Below, in pieces: positions 29,717 through 41,639 of a DNA stretch of 64,000 bases; position 1 is the stretch's first letter, and every line of letters begins with the position of its first letter. Both the position numbers and the translations under genes were made by a program. This DNA comes from Aplysia californica. Its lineage: Eukaryota. Under the pieces are notes generated by a model. The model made no database searches. It saw only the letters and a program-made list of their open reading frames with translations, and was not told the DNA's origin. The stretch spans positions 480,038-544,037 of the forward strand of contig NW_004797416.1 of the NCBI RefSeq assembly GCF_000002075.1, written 5' to 3'.

Positions 29717-32700
29717 CAGCAGCAGTAGTAGCAGCAGTAGTAGCAGCAGCAGCAGTAGTAGTAGCAGCAGCAATAAAAGCAAGAGCAGTAAAAATTTACA
29801 ACCAAGGGATTTGAAATAAAATTGCCCTAGAATGGCACCCAATGAGGTCCATTGCTGTAAATTTGTAGTAAAAATTATAAAAAAATCTGATGCATTGTTA
29901 TGATAATAATACTTAATCAGAGAGGGATAGATGGACAGGGTGGGGGATGGAGAGAGAGAGAGTGTGTGTGTGTGTGAGGAGAGAGGGAGAGAGAGAGAGA
30001 GAGAGAGAGAGCGACATTAGGCCTTGTCAACTGTTTCAGATGATTTCTTCCTGAAGGCAAGAATTCATCTTTAAATTTCGCAAAAGCTTTGTCAAATTCG
30101 ACGTAAGATTTGAATGCCTGCTCTAGAAAACCTTCCATCTTGTCAGGCGGAGACTAGATAACTAGGACCACCCTGGGGAGCGAAGGGGAAATGGAAGATC
30201 TAGATGATGTTTAATCATCAGCGCAAAAGAGGTCTGTGTTCACTCTGTCGCAATTAACGCCACGTTAGTTGTCACAGCGTCGCTCTGTTGCAATTAATGC
30301 TACCTATTCATATATTCTAATGAATGAACTACCGGTAAAAGAGACCTGTTCTGCAATTGCCAAAATGTAATTTGACGCTGAAATCTTTGTTAAGGAATGT
30401 GACCGAGCCGGCTCTCCAGCATAATATAGTGGTCCTGACTGGAAGTCGTGAGCGACCTGCTGGAGATAAGGAGTTTGACACTTAGCCATCACATTTTGGG
30501 GAAAATAAATTTAAAAACTGGGAGGTAAACATAGGCGATCGGCGAGATGAGGGGGCAAAGTGTTAAGACCTTCTAAATTTTGCAACAAAAAATTCCAGTA
30601 ACTCTTTTATTTATGGATTTTTTAAATGAAAAAGAAAAACCTGCTGTTCTGAAAAGTTACTCCTCTTTCATTTTTAAGCTTATTTTAAAGCAATTTGGAT
30701 GAAATTTTAATGTTTCATTTTCTTTGTTACATTATGGTGCGAACAGTGGGGACGGGGAAATCCTGTTTCATGGAACAGCATTAGTCCTCTCGTACACTTA
30801 GAAAATCGCAGTTGAACCTTACAAGTCGGGGTGCAGAGGTTGGATTGTCGAAGGATTTGAAGAAAGATAAAATAAGAGAAAGCTTTCTTCTTGGACTTGG
30901 AGGGTGGCGAATTGACCTGTGTTTCCTTGTTCTACCCCCCCCCCCCCCCCCCAATGCAGCATTTGTCTATGGCCGAATTTTAATTCAAGATAAATGAGAG
31001 ACCTATTAGTCTATTACGCTTGCTTAATAATAAAAATCATATATTATTAGAATCTAATTATAGTTTTAGTAGACAGTGTGATCTATTGTACTGTAAGACA
31101 TAATACAGTATGATAGAGGTGAGAAATATCCTGAGAATAGGAAAGAGAAACAGATGGGTAGAGTTCACAACAAAATTTGAGCAAATTTTTCAGTTTCATC
31201 TAGGGGATGATGCTGCTCTCCATACTATCACCATGACTGTTATAGTGGTTTATTTTCTGACCATTCTACAGTCACAGCTACTTCCCTTGATTTTTATTAA
31301 ATTTCAATCTCTCTTATTTTTCATTTTATTGGTTTACCCGAATCATGAATATGAAGAGTACACAATTTGCCAATCTTTAATGTGTTTTGAGTTTATCCAT
31401 TCTGGACTGTCAAGGGGTTAGTTGATTTTCAATTTCAAGAAGCTTGCAGTAGTTCAGTAGTAGTTTGTGTATGACAGGATGGCTATGAGTATGCCCACCC
31501 TGACAGAACAACAATATCACCAAATAATAATATTGGATATGTTTGATTAAAAAACTTTTTTGCACTGTTCCAAAAACCCTGATCACTTTTGATAAAACTA
31601 TTTCTTTGAACATTTGAAATGGTTTCTATAGACCTCTGAAAATGTTTATGATCCCTATCCTATTAAGTTAAACACTTAGTAGACCATGGTTTCAAAAGAA
31701 ATTTTTGTGCGATGGAATTACTCTGATGAATGACATTGATCATGAATTGCATTTCACTTGTTTTTAAATTTTGAAAAATGCAATTTTCTGAAAAACTCTT
31801 CCTTTCAATAGGTGCGTTTCTCACGTTGCTGTCTCCATCTACATTTTCTGTGAGACATTATGGCCGTCGGGTGAGGACCAAACCTCCGAAGATTTCTCAT
31901 TTTGGATACTCAGGTATAAAATGTTTTTTTATTACTATTAAATTTTGTTCTGGAATTTGAAATTGTTTTCTTATATAAAATGAATTATGTAGTGTCATAT
32001 TCTTTGATTACTTTAACTAATGAATCGTGTGTTGGTTCTGGTCGTACTCTTCTCTGATGTTTGGTGGCAGATTCAACGTCTATAAATATTTGGGTTCAGT
32101 AACAAGTAAAAATGGAATTTAATCTGTTCACTCGTTCTGTGTGAATAGACACTACTAAAAAGTTATGAACTGCTACTGTAGGCCTTTAGGAGCTTTAATT
32201 TTGGTTGAATGTTGCTTTCACAATTAACAAGAATCAGTTCCGACCCTTTTAGAAATGAATGAATCTAAGCCGTGACCTATAATACACTACTTACAAGATA
32301 GGACCTAGTGGGTCTTCATGTTCAAATTATCAAGTAGAACTTCAAGGTATTCAAGCCACCTTGGAGTACTTAAACTACACCACCTTCTGAAAATACCCAA
32401 TATTTGCAAAGAATGTGGTCTTTTTCTATGACCCCATGTTACGGTAGCCTTACAAGCAATGGAAAACTGTGAGACAAACGGTGAGAAAGTCCTCCATATT
32501 GTCTTAACAGCTGACCAACTTCTCTCTTCCTTTGCTGTGAGGCTTGTTCTTCAGTGGATCCCAGGACACACAGACATTCATGGCAATGCAAAGCAGACAG
32601 AGTAGCCAAGAAAAGGATTGCGTCTAGCACAAGTTCAGCTCTATTTTCATTCTTGCATGCACACTTTACAATAGTCCACCAAAAACATTGATCTTTTGGT

Positions 32701-35700
32701 CTTCACTCGGTAGATTATAGAGTCATGTTGATAATCTCTGATCAAGAGGCAATTATCTCCTTTTAGTACTTTAGGATAAACAGGATTTTCAGTAGCATTT
32801 TCGAGGACCCTCTTGTTCTGAATCATTAATTCTACATATTTCATGCCTCCTTTTGACACAATTGAGATCACAAAGGAGGCAGGCTGCTTTGACCTTGCCT
32901 GTCAGAGCCATCCAAGGCAGAGTGAGATACAACATACTAAGTGACAGACGGAGATGCTCCATAAAATAACTGCCCCATAGGTAATTCGAGATCATGTCTT
33001 CGGCTTGATAATATGGCAATGAGTGTAACAATTACACCACAGATGCCGGTACAGTTCTAAGTGAGGCAGGGCATATTACTGTCAATTTGAAGTGAAGATT
33101 TATTGATGGGACTGAATAATAGAATTTGTTCAAGAAGTAATTCTCCCAACATTTTTTTCTGACCTTGCTTGCAGGTGACCTTCGCACTTTACCAGAATTA
33201 GCTGACGAGACCAGGTTGTATCAGTATAAAGACTTGGAAAGTGAAGTGGAACAGTGAGTTTTCTCTTCTGTCTCTAACTCTTTAAAGGAAATTAAGTGCA
33301 TATCTAGCTTGGTAATTAATTGTTGAGCCCTTTCTTCTTTAGAGTATGCCTCCTGATGTGTGGCTCCGCCTCGCGCGCGGTCCTTGTCGCTCCAATATCA
33401 ATCAAGTAAGACTATAAAGAACCCGTCTCCTTACATGCGCCGTGACATCTAGCCGCGCACGACAGTCGTCTGTAATGGAGACCTCGTCATGCCCGACACA
33501 CTGGGGGTGTGACAGGTTTAAAGCATCACCATTGTTAAAAATATCTAGCCCAGGAGGGCCGGTCGACACGCTGTGTGTGTGATGTGGTTGCTCATAAGGA
33601 TACTCACCTTTCGACTCATCCCTAGTGACTGCCAAGCATGACACTGCGTCGTGCAGAAGGAGATGTTGACTGAGTCGCTGTCTGACATGTGTTTCACATG
33701 ATTTATTTTTTGGGATAATCTATGCAGTGGTTTTTTCTTCTACACTAACAAGAAAGCTAGTAATACGTTTATACAGTTTTTGACTTTTGAACGTGTCAGT
33801 ATAATTGAAAGTATTGAGAGAGTCTATGTTTTTGTTTGAACGCATGATCTTTTTTTAATGTTATTTCAAACATAACTGACAAAACCTGTTGTCCTTGCAT
33901 ATTTCTTGTTTTGTGATTAAAAGCGATTGAATACCTTTTGTCAGTTTGTCTTCTTACAAGTGCATATCAATATCTTTTACAAAACATTAGTGACAAAAAA
34001 TTCATTTTCATTTCTTTTAGAGATGAGGTTCTTAAAAGGCTGACCAGCTTTGAGTTTGCATCAGGGGTAAGTTTGATTTTCTTGTTTTAGAATTCTTTTT
34101 GGTTAGCTCATCTCAGAGCTAGAAAAGTCCTCATTTTTCTGTAGTTTTTTTTATTTTTTAGGTTTCTTGTTATCAGTTTCATGTGAAAGGAAATTGTCCT
34201 TTCTGTGTAAATGCTATGAGTGTCCTTTTTACTATAGGTGCATCCCTTCTCCAAGCTGCCTTGCTTTCTTTTCTTTTTACTTTTCTGTTGTTGTTTTTCT
34301 GTTCATTGTTTATTTTTTATCTGTTTGAGTAGCTATTTTGGTGTTTTTATTCATATGCTTCTATACCATGCAGTCACTTTTTTCGACGCTGCTTTTCAAT
34401 TCTATTTCATTATTCATTGTGTACTTTAACATGTTTTAACAAGTGAAGGTTGATGTATTATTTTGCTTTTATTTATGTTTTAAAAATCAATTACCCTAAA
34501 ACTAATAAATGTAGTTTGAATGTTATAAAAAATTTGGTAGGTACTTATAATTCGCAAAAAGTATATTTTTGAGTTAAAATGTATTAAATTTAATTTGATA
34601 CAGGGTAATATGGTGTTTTTGTTCTTTTTGATTGATTGTTCTTAATGTTCATTGTCCCGATTTGCTGTCGTGCTAGTAGTAAAAGTGTTGAGAGTTTAAA
34701 ATGTTATAATGTCTCTGATCCTTATCTGTGTCTTTTGATAAATAGCTCCAGTTTTAGTACAAAGACAGTTATAGCTGAGTCAGAAATGAGAGAAAGTGCC
34801 ATCTCATCTCACAGATGTTTGAGGATGCTGTTTTGATGTTTTACTTACTTCTTTCCCCGAGCAGTCGGTCATTTTTGTTTGTCATCTCTTCTTTTCCTTG
34901 TCATGAAAGAATTTTTCTCTCTCTATTGTTGGGTTTATTTGGTAGTAAAAAATGAAAAACTACTTGTGTTGGTTCTCGTTGTCTCGAAATTAGTGGGTGG
35001 TTGAAGGGTGCTGTTGGTTGGTCGTTCTTCTTTTTCTTTCTTTTTTTTTTATTGTTGTTTCTACCTACCTGTCTTACTTTTTTCCCCTGCACTAACTGAC
35101 TTGTTTTGTCAGTGTGCCCCTTTTTACTCAAACAAATCAAATTGTTGCTCAAAATCAAACAAATTGTTTGTTTCAGCCGGACAAAATTGCCCACAAACAG
35201 GAACTTATTCTGGATCGGATCATTGAGCTGTTTGGGTCTGACAGTGAGCTGGAGCAGACAAGTAAATCTTTTGTAGTCTCATCATTTGACTTTTGCATTG
35301 ACATTTCCTTTGAGCTTGATGTCTGCTGGGATATCTGATCTAACTTACACTTCCTTTGTTTTTTTACAATTTATTGTATTGTACTGAATATTAAAAAAAG
35401 AAATTCATTTAAAGTTGCATGAACCTTTTAGTTTGAATTTATCACTCTCATTTAAATATTTTCTCGAATTTTCTTTTTTCTAGTTACCCCCCCCCACGTA
35501 TATCTCTATATAAATTACTTAATACCCAGCTATTAAGTTTTACAAATAATAACTTGCTTCAAAACTTGTTTTCCTCAGTTGCCTTAAAGACGCTATCAAT
35601 CAGGCAAATGATTCCAATGTGTATAAAACACAGAACGGTAAGTACGATTAAGTTCAGGTAGTTGTAATACTTTCCTGTTTGTTGGTTAATTGTCCTGCTG

Positions 35701-38700
35701 AATACGTTTCATGTAGATCTGATTGGTTTTGATCCTTTTTTAATGATCAAATTTTTAAAAATCTTTAATGTTCAATCAAATCCAAATGTCCTGGGCTTTT
35801 TTTAAAATATGGAATCTTGGAGCAGAGGTTGGTAGAGAATCACATGTAAAAGCAAATGTTTTTCCTAATATCTGTAAATTGTCAGAGGTAAGATTGAAAC
35901 TTCTCCTAACTTTTATAGGATTATGTCCTTTGTTTCTTTCCTGCCTTTTCATGTGGGCTGTTGTAAAGAGCTGTTGATGTGACCTGTTTCTTTTCCGTTT
36001 GTTTGAACTACTTCTTTCTTTTCTTTCTTTCAACTGTCTTCTTTTTACATCATCTTGGTTTTACTCAGCCCTTAGTGAATATATTTCGTTGATTTGTTTG
36101 TCTTTTTAGTCAAAGCAACTTACTTTCTTTCACTTTCACAGAACAAAGTCGCAAAGATTATCCTGCTCAAGAATATTTTCGGTCGCCGCAAGATGCTGAC
36201 AGAGCTGAGGCAAATGGACCATGAGCGTTTTGAGTGGCTTCTGAGAGAGCTGAAGATTCGCTACGTGATCCCACGGGACCGAGAGGAGTACAAGGGCTGG
36301 AAACACAACCTGCGGGTCTCCACTCAGCAGAGGGCACTTACCAAACAGAGGAGGAAGCTGGAGAAGCTGAAGGTTTGTGGCTTCTTTTTTGTGAGTACAG
36401 TATCTGGTAGTTATGTATGAAAAGATAGAGGAAAAGAAGAGCAGAGGAAGGCAATGAAGGACATAAATAGATGGCCTGAACAATTTTGCAACAAATAACA
36501 CAAGGAGAAAAATGAAGCTGATGAAGAACACAAACAAATGGAAGGAGTGAGGTACCATGATCATTGATGTCTGCTNNNNNNNNNNNNNNNNNNNNNNNNN
36601 NNNNNNNNNNNNNNNNNNNNNNNNNNNNNNNNNNNNNNNNNNNNNNNNNNNNNNNNNNNNNNNNNNNNNNNNNNNNNNNNNNNNNNNNNNNNNNNNNNNN
36701 NNNNNNNNNNNNNNNNNNNNNNNNNNNNNNNNNNNNNNNNTGATGCTATGGAGATTGAAGGAAGAACTGGAGGTCTCACTTCTGATACATTGGTGGTTTG
36801 AGTACCGTGACTCCTAGGCCTGTCAGTTGTGATAGGGATTTAATGTTATTTCTTTTAAGAAGTGGGACTTACGAATGTAGCGTCTTTTAAAAAAAATTTT
36901 TTTTTATAGTAGAGGGTGTTACGGCGCTCGCAACTGCATAAGGTCATATGAGTGCCATATAATGTCTTTTTCTGGTAAGATGGAGCCAAGTGGAAGGAGA
37001 GTATTGAAGTAACTATCCTAAGTTCAAGCATGCCCCCTTTAGAGATTTGAAGCAGTGTCATCTGTATTGTGCCCAATTCAGCTTGATTGAAACTCACTGA
37101 CAGCGGATACCGACACTGCATCGGTGAGCCTAGACGTACGTGAAATGCCAAACCCAGACCCCTGCTGGTTTTGATTTCTTCTCCGTTTTTACGCTATTAA
37201 CGACTTGCACTACTTGCAGTCGGTCTTAGCAGTTGGGGAAAGGGAAGGAATGGTGATATGATGATGCTCGTCTGTTTGATTTGATGGTTGTTTCCCTTGA
37301 TCTATTGGGGTTGCTTTTGTGGGTTTTTGTTGGTGAGATGAGTTAAAAGAGTATCTTTTAGATCTAGCAAATTGTTTCACGATTTTGGGTTGAACATACA
37401 CACTATCCAGCCTTTAATTGAAAGACTTAGTGTACTTAGATTCCAATTATTCTGTTAAAAGGAAAAAAACCCCATGCCTTTGAGGTTGCTTCATGCGCTT
37501 TGTCAACCAGTGGCTCAAGTTATTCCAAGTTTATTATCTTGCATTTCAAATTATTATGCAAACACAAGTACAACATATATTGAATATCTGTTTTCATTTC
37601 AACAAATCACAACATAAAAACAACATATAGTAAAAATTATGAGCATGTACTTTGAACTGTTATCCAACAATGAATTTTAAAAATACTTTTGAAATGCTGG
37701 CAGCCAGGTTAAATTGGGATTTCATCCCGTGACAGTAAGCCCATTAGACACATTTTAACTTTTTTCTTTTTCTAAGGCTTTTAGCATTCCTACTTACCTG
37801 CATATCATGTGGTGTTATGGTATGGTTCTTCGCAGTTGATCACAGAGGTCATGAGTTCAATTCTTGCAAGGGGAATTTATTTCATCGAGAACCTCCACCT
37901 CTGTGTATCTCCTTGTATGTTTTATACCTCTCAGTGTGGGTTAGCCCTCACATACGAGGTTTGAAGAAGCTTAAGAGTACTTTTGAAAATACTTTATATC
38001 ACGGATAGTTCCTACTCGTCGGGACCGGCCTCGGTAGTTCGAGGGATCCGTAGTTTGAGTTATGCGGGAACAGTGTTATGGCTGTGTCAGAGAATCAAGG
38101 GAAGCAAGAACAATGATGAGCAACGCTTTTGAGTTCGATCGGTAATGAGCCTACCTGTACCAAGACAGTTTTAATTACGCAGGTCAGTTTGAGCAGTCTT
38201 TAGTCTACACCAATCGAATTTCAAATTTTTCAAAACAAACAATTTGATAGCATAAGCACATCCCAATGGTAATCAACAATGGGATGACTAAACAATGCCG
38301 CCCTACCCTACCTCTCCCACCAAGCGTGCAGTCCTTTGTGAAGAGTGGTGTGGCGGCCGATCGTGTGCTGTACAACCCTTTCTCTCGCCTGTTCCACACA
38401 GGCCTAGCTAGGCTTAGGACCTTGGCACATGCAGAGGGCATGTGTGTCGAGCACTGGCCTAAAAAAAGCGCAGCTAGCTGCTTCTGTGGAGGAAGGGGGG
38501 GTGAGGAGCAATCACAAAGAACAAAGAATGTGAGGGTCAATCGTTAACGGTCTTTTATGATCACGCCTTTTCCATGTGTCGAGAAAGGAAGCGCTCGCTT
38601 GCTAGCTTTCTCCGAGACTGTTGTAGGTTTGGCTACCAGCAGTTTCCAGGCTTGTTTTATTTGTGTTTCTGCTCTTTGTGCTTTTTCGAGAACGTTTGTT

Positions 38701-39652
38701 TCTCTCTTATAACACCTCTAATATTCGGCATTTGAATGACCTTATTGTGTTGTAAGTGCCGTAAAACATTTACTAAAACCAAATCAAGAACGTTTTGGTA
38801 TTGATGAAAATCTTCACTGTCCGCTTTGGTCCGATGTTGTCACATAACCCTTCATTATCTTGCTATCTGTGCCTCTTTATGTGTGAAATCACATGTAATT
38901 ATTGTAGTATACACTCACACAAATACTACGTGCGCGCGAACGTGCGTACACACGAACGCACACAGACACATTCACATTTTTACACAGATGTACTCACAGA
39001 AGCAAACGAACAGACAAATACACGCAAAAAAAAACACATAAATACACACACAAACACACACATAGGCACACACATAACCCAGCAAACACGCACAAACACA
39101 CACAAACAAACTAAGACACACGAAAGAACACGACGTCAAATATTAGCAGCCAACAAGACGACATTATTAGTCCAGACATTGTCGGGGTAACCCCCTGCTG
39201 TTTGACAGAAGACCACGAACCCTTTTGTAATCAACAAACCACACGGGGCATGTGGGTCCCTCAGTGCAGGAGGGAAAGAAAAAGAAAAAGAAAAAGGAAA
39301 GACAAAGAAAAGGAGGAATAAAAGAAAATGAAAACCATGAATAAGACGTGTTTTCCGTTATGGATTATGGAGCCTCTGCTTGTATCAATGTGCAGTGTGT
39401 ATCTTGAAGGAGTATATTATATTTATGCTTCTTTCCGCGCCCTCGGTAATATTTTCCCGGATATTCATTATCCAAACACAACGAAAATGCGCTCATGCAC
39501 ACAAGCGCACTAAGATCCAAATATTGATGTATACCGTCTCATACACTTTGGAACCTTCACACATACACGTATAGACACATTTAAATACACACATACACAC
39601 TCACACATACAAAATCACTTCCTCTCACACACTCTCTCTCTCTCTCCCCATC

Positions 39653-39690
<38 letters not shown>

Positions 39691-41639
39691 NNNNNNNNNN
39701 NNNNNNNNNNNNNNNNNNNNNNNNNNNNNNNNNNNNNNNNNNNNNNNNNNNNNNNNNNNNNNNNNNNNNNNNNNNNNNNNNNNNNNNNNNGGTGGTATTT
39801 TTTCCGTTTAAAAAAAATTATTAGGCCTATTATTATTTTGTCTCAAGTGCACCTCTTACGACTATTCCGTGTTTGTATTTGAGCTTTGCGTAATTTTCTT
39901 ACAAAGATAAAGAAGAAGAAAAAACGTGACCGCAGGCACAGTTCGACGGATGCATGATTTCGAGTAATCTGTGTTCGACCTATCCGGGTTATAACTTATA
40001 CTGTAGTTTTCGGTGATATGGATGGTCACGGTTTCTGAATTATGTAATGATATAGCCACGTGTGTTATAGTACTTAAAATTCTTGTTGGATGTTAGTGAA
40101 AATGAGTGGTATTTTAATCAACTGTTTCTCTGTTTCTGTACTCGCCTTTGTTTTTGTTTGTAGAGTCTTGTTATTAGTGTTAGTCTTCACTTCATGTCCA
40201 CTGGGACAGACCTGACTGGATTTTTTTGTCGGGAGGAGGAAAATCGATCGTGTCATTTCTGTCTTGTGTGTCTAGTCTGTTGGCCTACTTATTCCCCGGA
40301 TGTGTATGCTAGACCGCTGTTGTGGCGGGCTGTGTTCTCGGCACGGGGCTAAAATAGTCAAGGGTTCACATGAACCCAAGGTGGGAAAAAGAAATGTATG
40401 GGTTTCAAAGGAAAATTGGTAAAATTGTTATTATGCATTTAAACCACATGGTTTGCGCGTAGACTTGACTAATTTTGAGGCGCTGATTATGAATATGATG
40501 TTAAATTTTTAATCCAAACTTAGCATTATTATTTTTTTAGCTCCAGTGAGGCCTATGACTGATGAGTCACCGCCCGGCCCGGCTAAAATGCAGCAAGCGG
40601 CTTTCCAACAGGCTCGTCTTTTGTCGGGTCGGGTCGTTTTTGTTGACACAGCTTAACAGAATTTTCGCTGATTAAAAAAAAATACCCGGAGCTCCATTTC
40701 AACAACCAACTTTCCGAGAGAAGGGTGGAATTGGGTCGGTTGGTTTCTGTCCCAATGGAAATGAGCCCTTACTCTTTCTGTCCTCAGTGGAATCGTTGTA
40801 GCATTGGTTCTCAGGGGAAAGTACAAAATTTTAATATTACAATGTTTATGAATTATGTGGTGCCAGTTTAGTTGAAGGTCTACCATGCTATGTCGGTCTA
40901 CCACAAGTCTCACTCGATCGGCCACTGTGTATTCAGTTCTAGGTGTCTAGTGTAGGGTAAGTACTGCCTGGTTGGCAACGATAATGACAGTGCGTGGGAG
41001 CATGTAGACCAAAAGCGGGGGTGTTACACAATTGTGGTGAGTGGGTGTGCGGATAGACTGCTTCATTTTCCGGTGTCATTTAGATTCTGATTGAAAATAT
41101 GTGACAACAAGGGATCAGAAGGTGCTATTTTCAAGAAATCCCCTTCTCCCATGACATACTATGACCACCAAAATATTTTAATACGGCCTATGATGTTTTT
41201 CCAAGCCTGTAAACCATAAACATCGGACAGACCTTCAACTGAAGCAGCTGTCAGACCAGTCGAAAAGTAGACCATCAGCTGAACCAGAAACATTGTGATA
41301 GACCTTCAACTAAACGAACACCAATTATGTTCCCCTCCAGACATAAGTTCACCAGGCTGAACATGACACAACTAAATGCTCTTTTAACAGCTACTTTTAC
41401 TTATTTCTATCTTCTTTCAGACTCAATTTGAGGAAGAAAAACAAGCATTCTATGAACACAAGGCAAAAGTTTTGGCTGAGATTGATAAAGATTTAGAGAG
41501 TTATGGACTCACTAGAGACTTTCTTGAGGAGCTGTTGGTGAAGGAAAAGGAGACGAAGAAGCCACACAAGATCCTGAACTGGGAAGAGCGAGTGCGTCTG
41601 GGCATGACAGACAAAATTACCGAGGATTATTATGGATGA
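25222..41639 (+). CDS. MRPS15: Mitochondrial small ribosomal subunit protein uS15m, 8 exons, 364 aa
   Basis: Exons 25222-25495, 31812-31913, 33175-33253, 34021-34066, 35177-35261, 35579-35637, 36142-36372, 41421-41639. All GT-AG, phases agree, 1095 nt ending TGA. S15 core DEVLKRLTSFEFAS...SELEQTIALKTLSIR...RRKMLTELRQMDHERFEWLLRELKIRY matches the remembered metazoan MRPS15 pattern. Basic, Ser-rich N-terminus resembles a presequence. Confidence 0.9.
25738..25880 (+). repeat. Array of about 40-bp palindromic subrepeats; inverted partner at 30241-30304
   Basis: Three to four degenerate copies of GCGTTAATTGCRACAGAGTGACTCTGTGACAA. Confidence 0.8.
25885..26037. mobile_element. MITE with about 35-bp TIRs and internal TTAGGG repeats
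   Basis: Left end GGCGATTGTTAAGATTCCTGTGTTTAATTCCGATT versus reverse complement of right end GGCGATAGTTAAGATTCCTGAGTGTAACTCCAATT. Interior contains TTAGGGTT and AGGGTTAGGGTTAGG. Confidence 0.8.
26647..27176 (+). mobile_element. Full-length tRNA-derived SINE with Nin/Deu-like central domain
   Basis: A box TGGCCTAGAGG, B box GGTTCGAATCC, pyrimidine-rich linker, central GCACGTTAAAGATCCC...TAAGAGTAGG...CAAAATTC, (CAAA)n tail. 11-bp TSD AAAAGCTGTGA at 26636-26646 and 27177-27187. Domain name is from memory. Confidence 0.92.
27775..28230 (+). repeat. Degenerate tandem repeat, period about 175-185 bp
   Basis: AAAGTRCACAT...GGCAT...TTTTCCA...TGTCATCWTTGTTAT recurs from about 27778, 27953 and 28138, with weaker echoes to about 28580. 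Confidence 0.7.
28983..29596 (-). mobile_element. Non-LTR retrotransposon fragment encoding RNase H and the ORF C-terminus (frameshifted)
   Basis: EIEAVTRAL...IFVADSQSIL...WIFCPGHFGEKGNEEADRLA matches RNase HI motifs. Continues in another frame to a CPVC motif. Confidence 0.85.
29624..29790. repeat. Compound (GTA)n/(GCA)n trinucleotide repeat
   Basis: Direct reading; explains the poly-Val/Ala and poly-Leu ORFs. Confidence 0.95.
30241..30304 (-). repeat. Inverted copy of the 25738-25880 subrepeat array
   Basis: Reverse complement reads GGTAGCATTAATTGCAACAGAGCGACGCTGTGACAACTAACGTGGCGTTAATTGCGACAGAGTG. Confidence 0.8.
32330..32720 (+). mobile_element. Decayed RNase H fragment of a non-LTR retrotransposon
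   Basis: LQWIPGHTDIHGN, frameshift, then KADRVAKKG around 32549-32620. Boundaries approximate. Confidence 0.7.
36417..36575 (+). mobile_element. Decayed RTE LINE 3' fragment running into a gap
   Basis: KIEEKKSRGRQ...IDGLNNF...TMIIDVC parallels the RTE end at 13379-13634. Confidence 0.6.

Noticed and set aside
29533-29842. Poly-Val/Ala and poly-Leu ORFs
   Set aside because: Translations of a trinucleotide microsatellite.
33408-33690. U3-like ends (AAGACTATA ... GTCTGA)
   Set aside because: U3 boxes A, B and C are not recognisable. No telomerase template or 7SK motifs either.
41228-41330. Three spaced AGACCWTCARCT repeats, superficially CRISPR-like
   Set aside because: Short degenerate intronic minisatellite in a eukaryotic gene; no cas genes.
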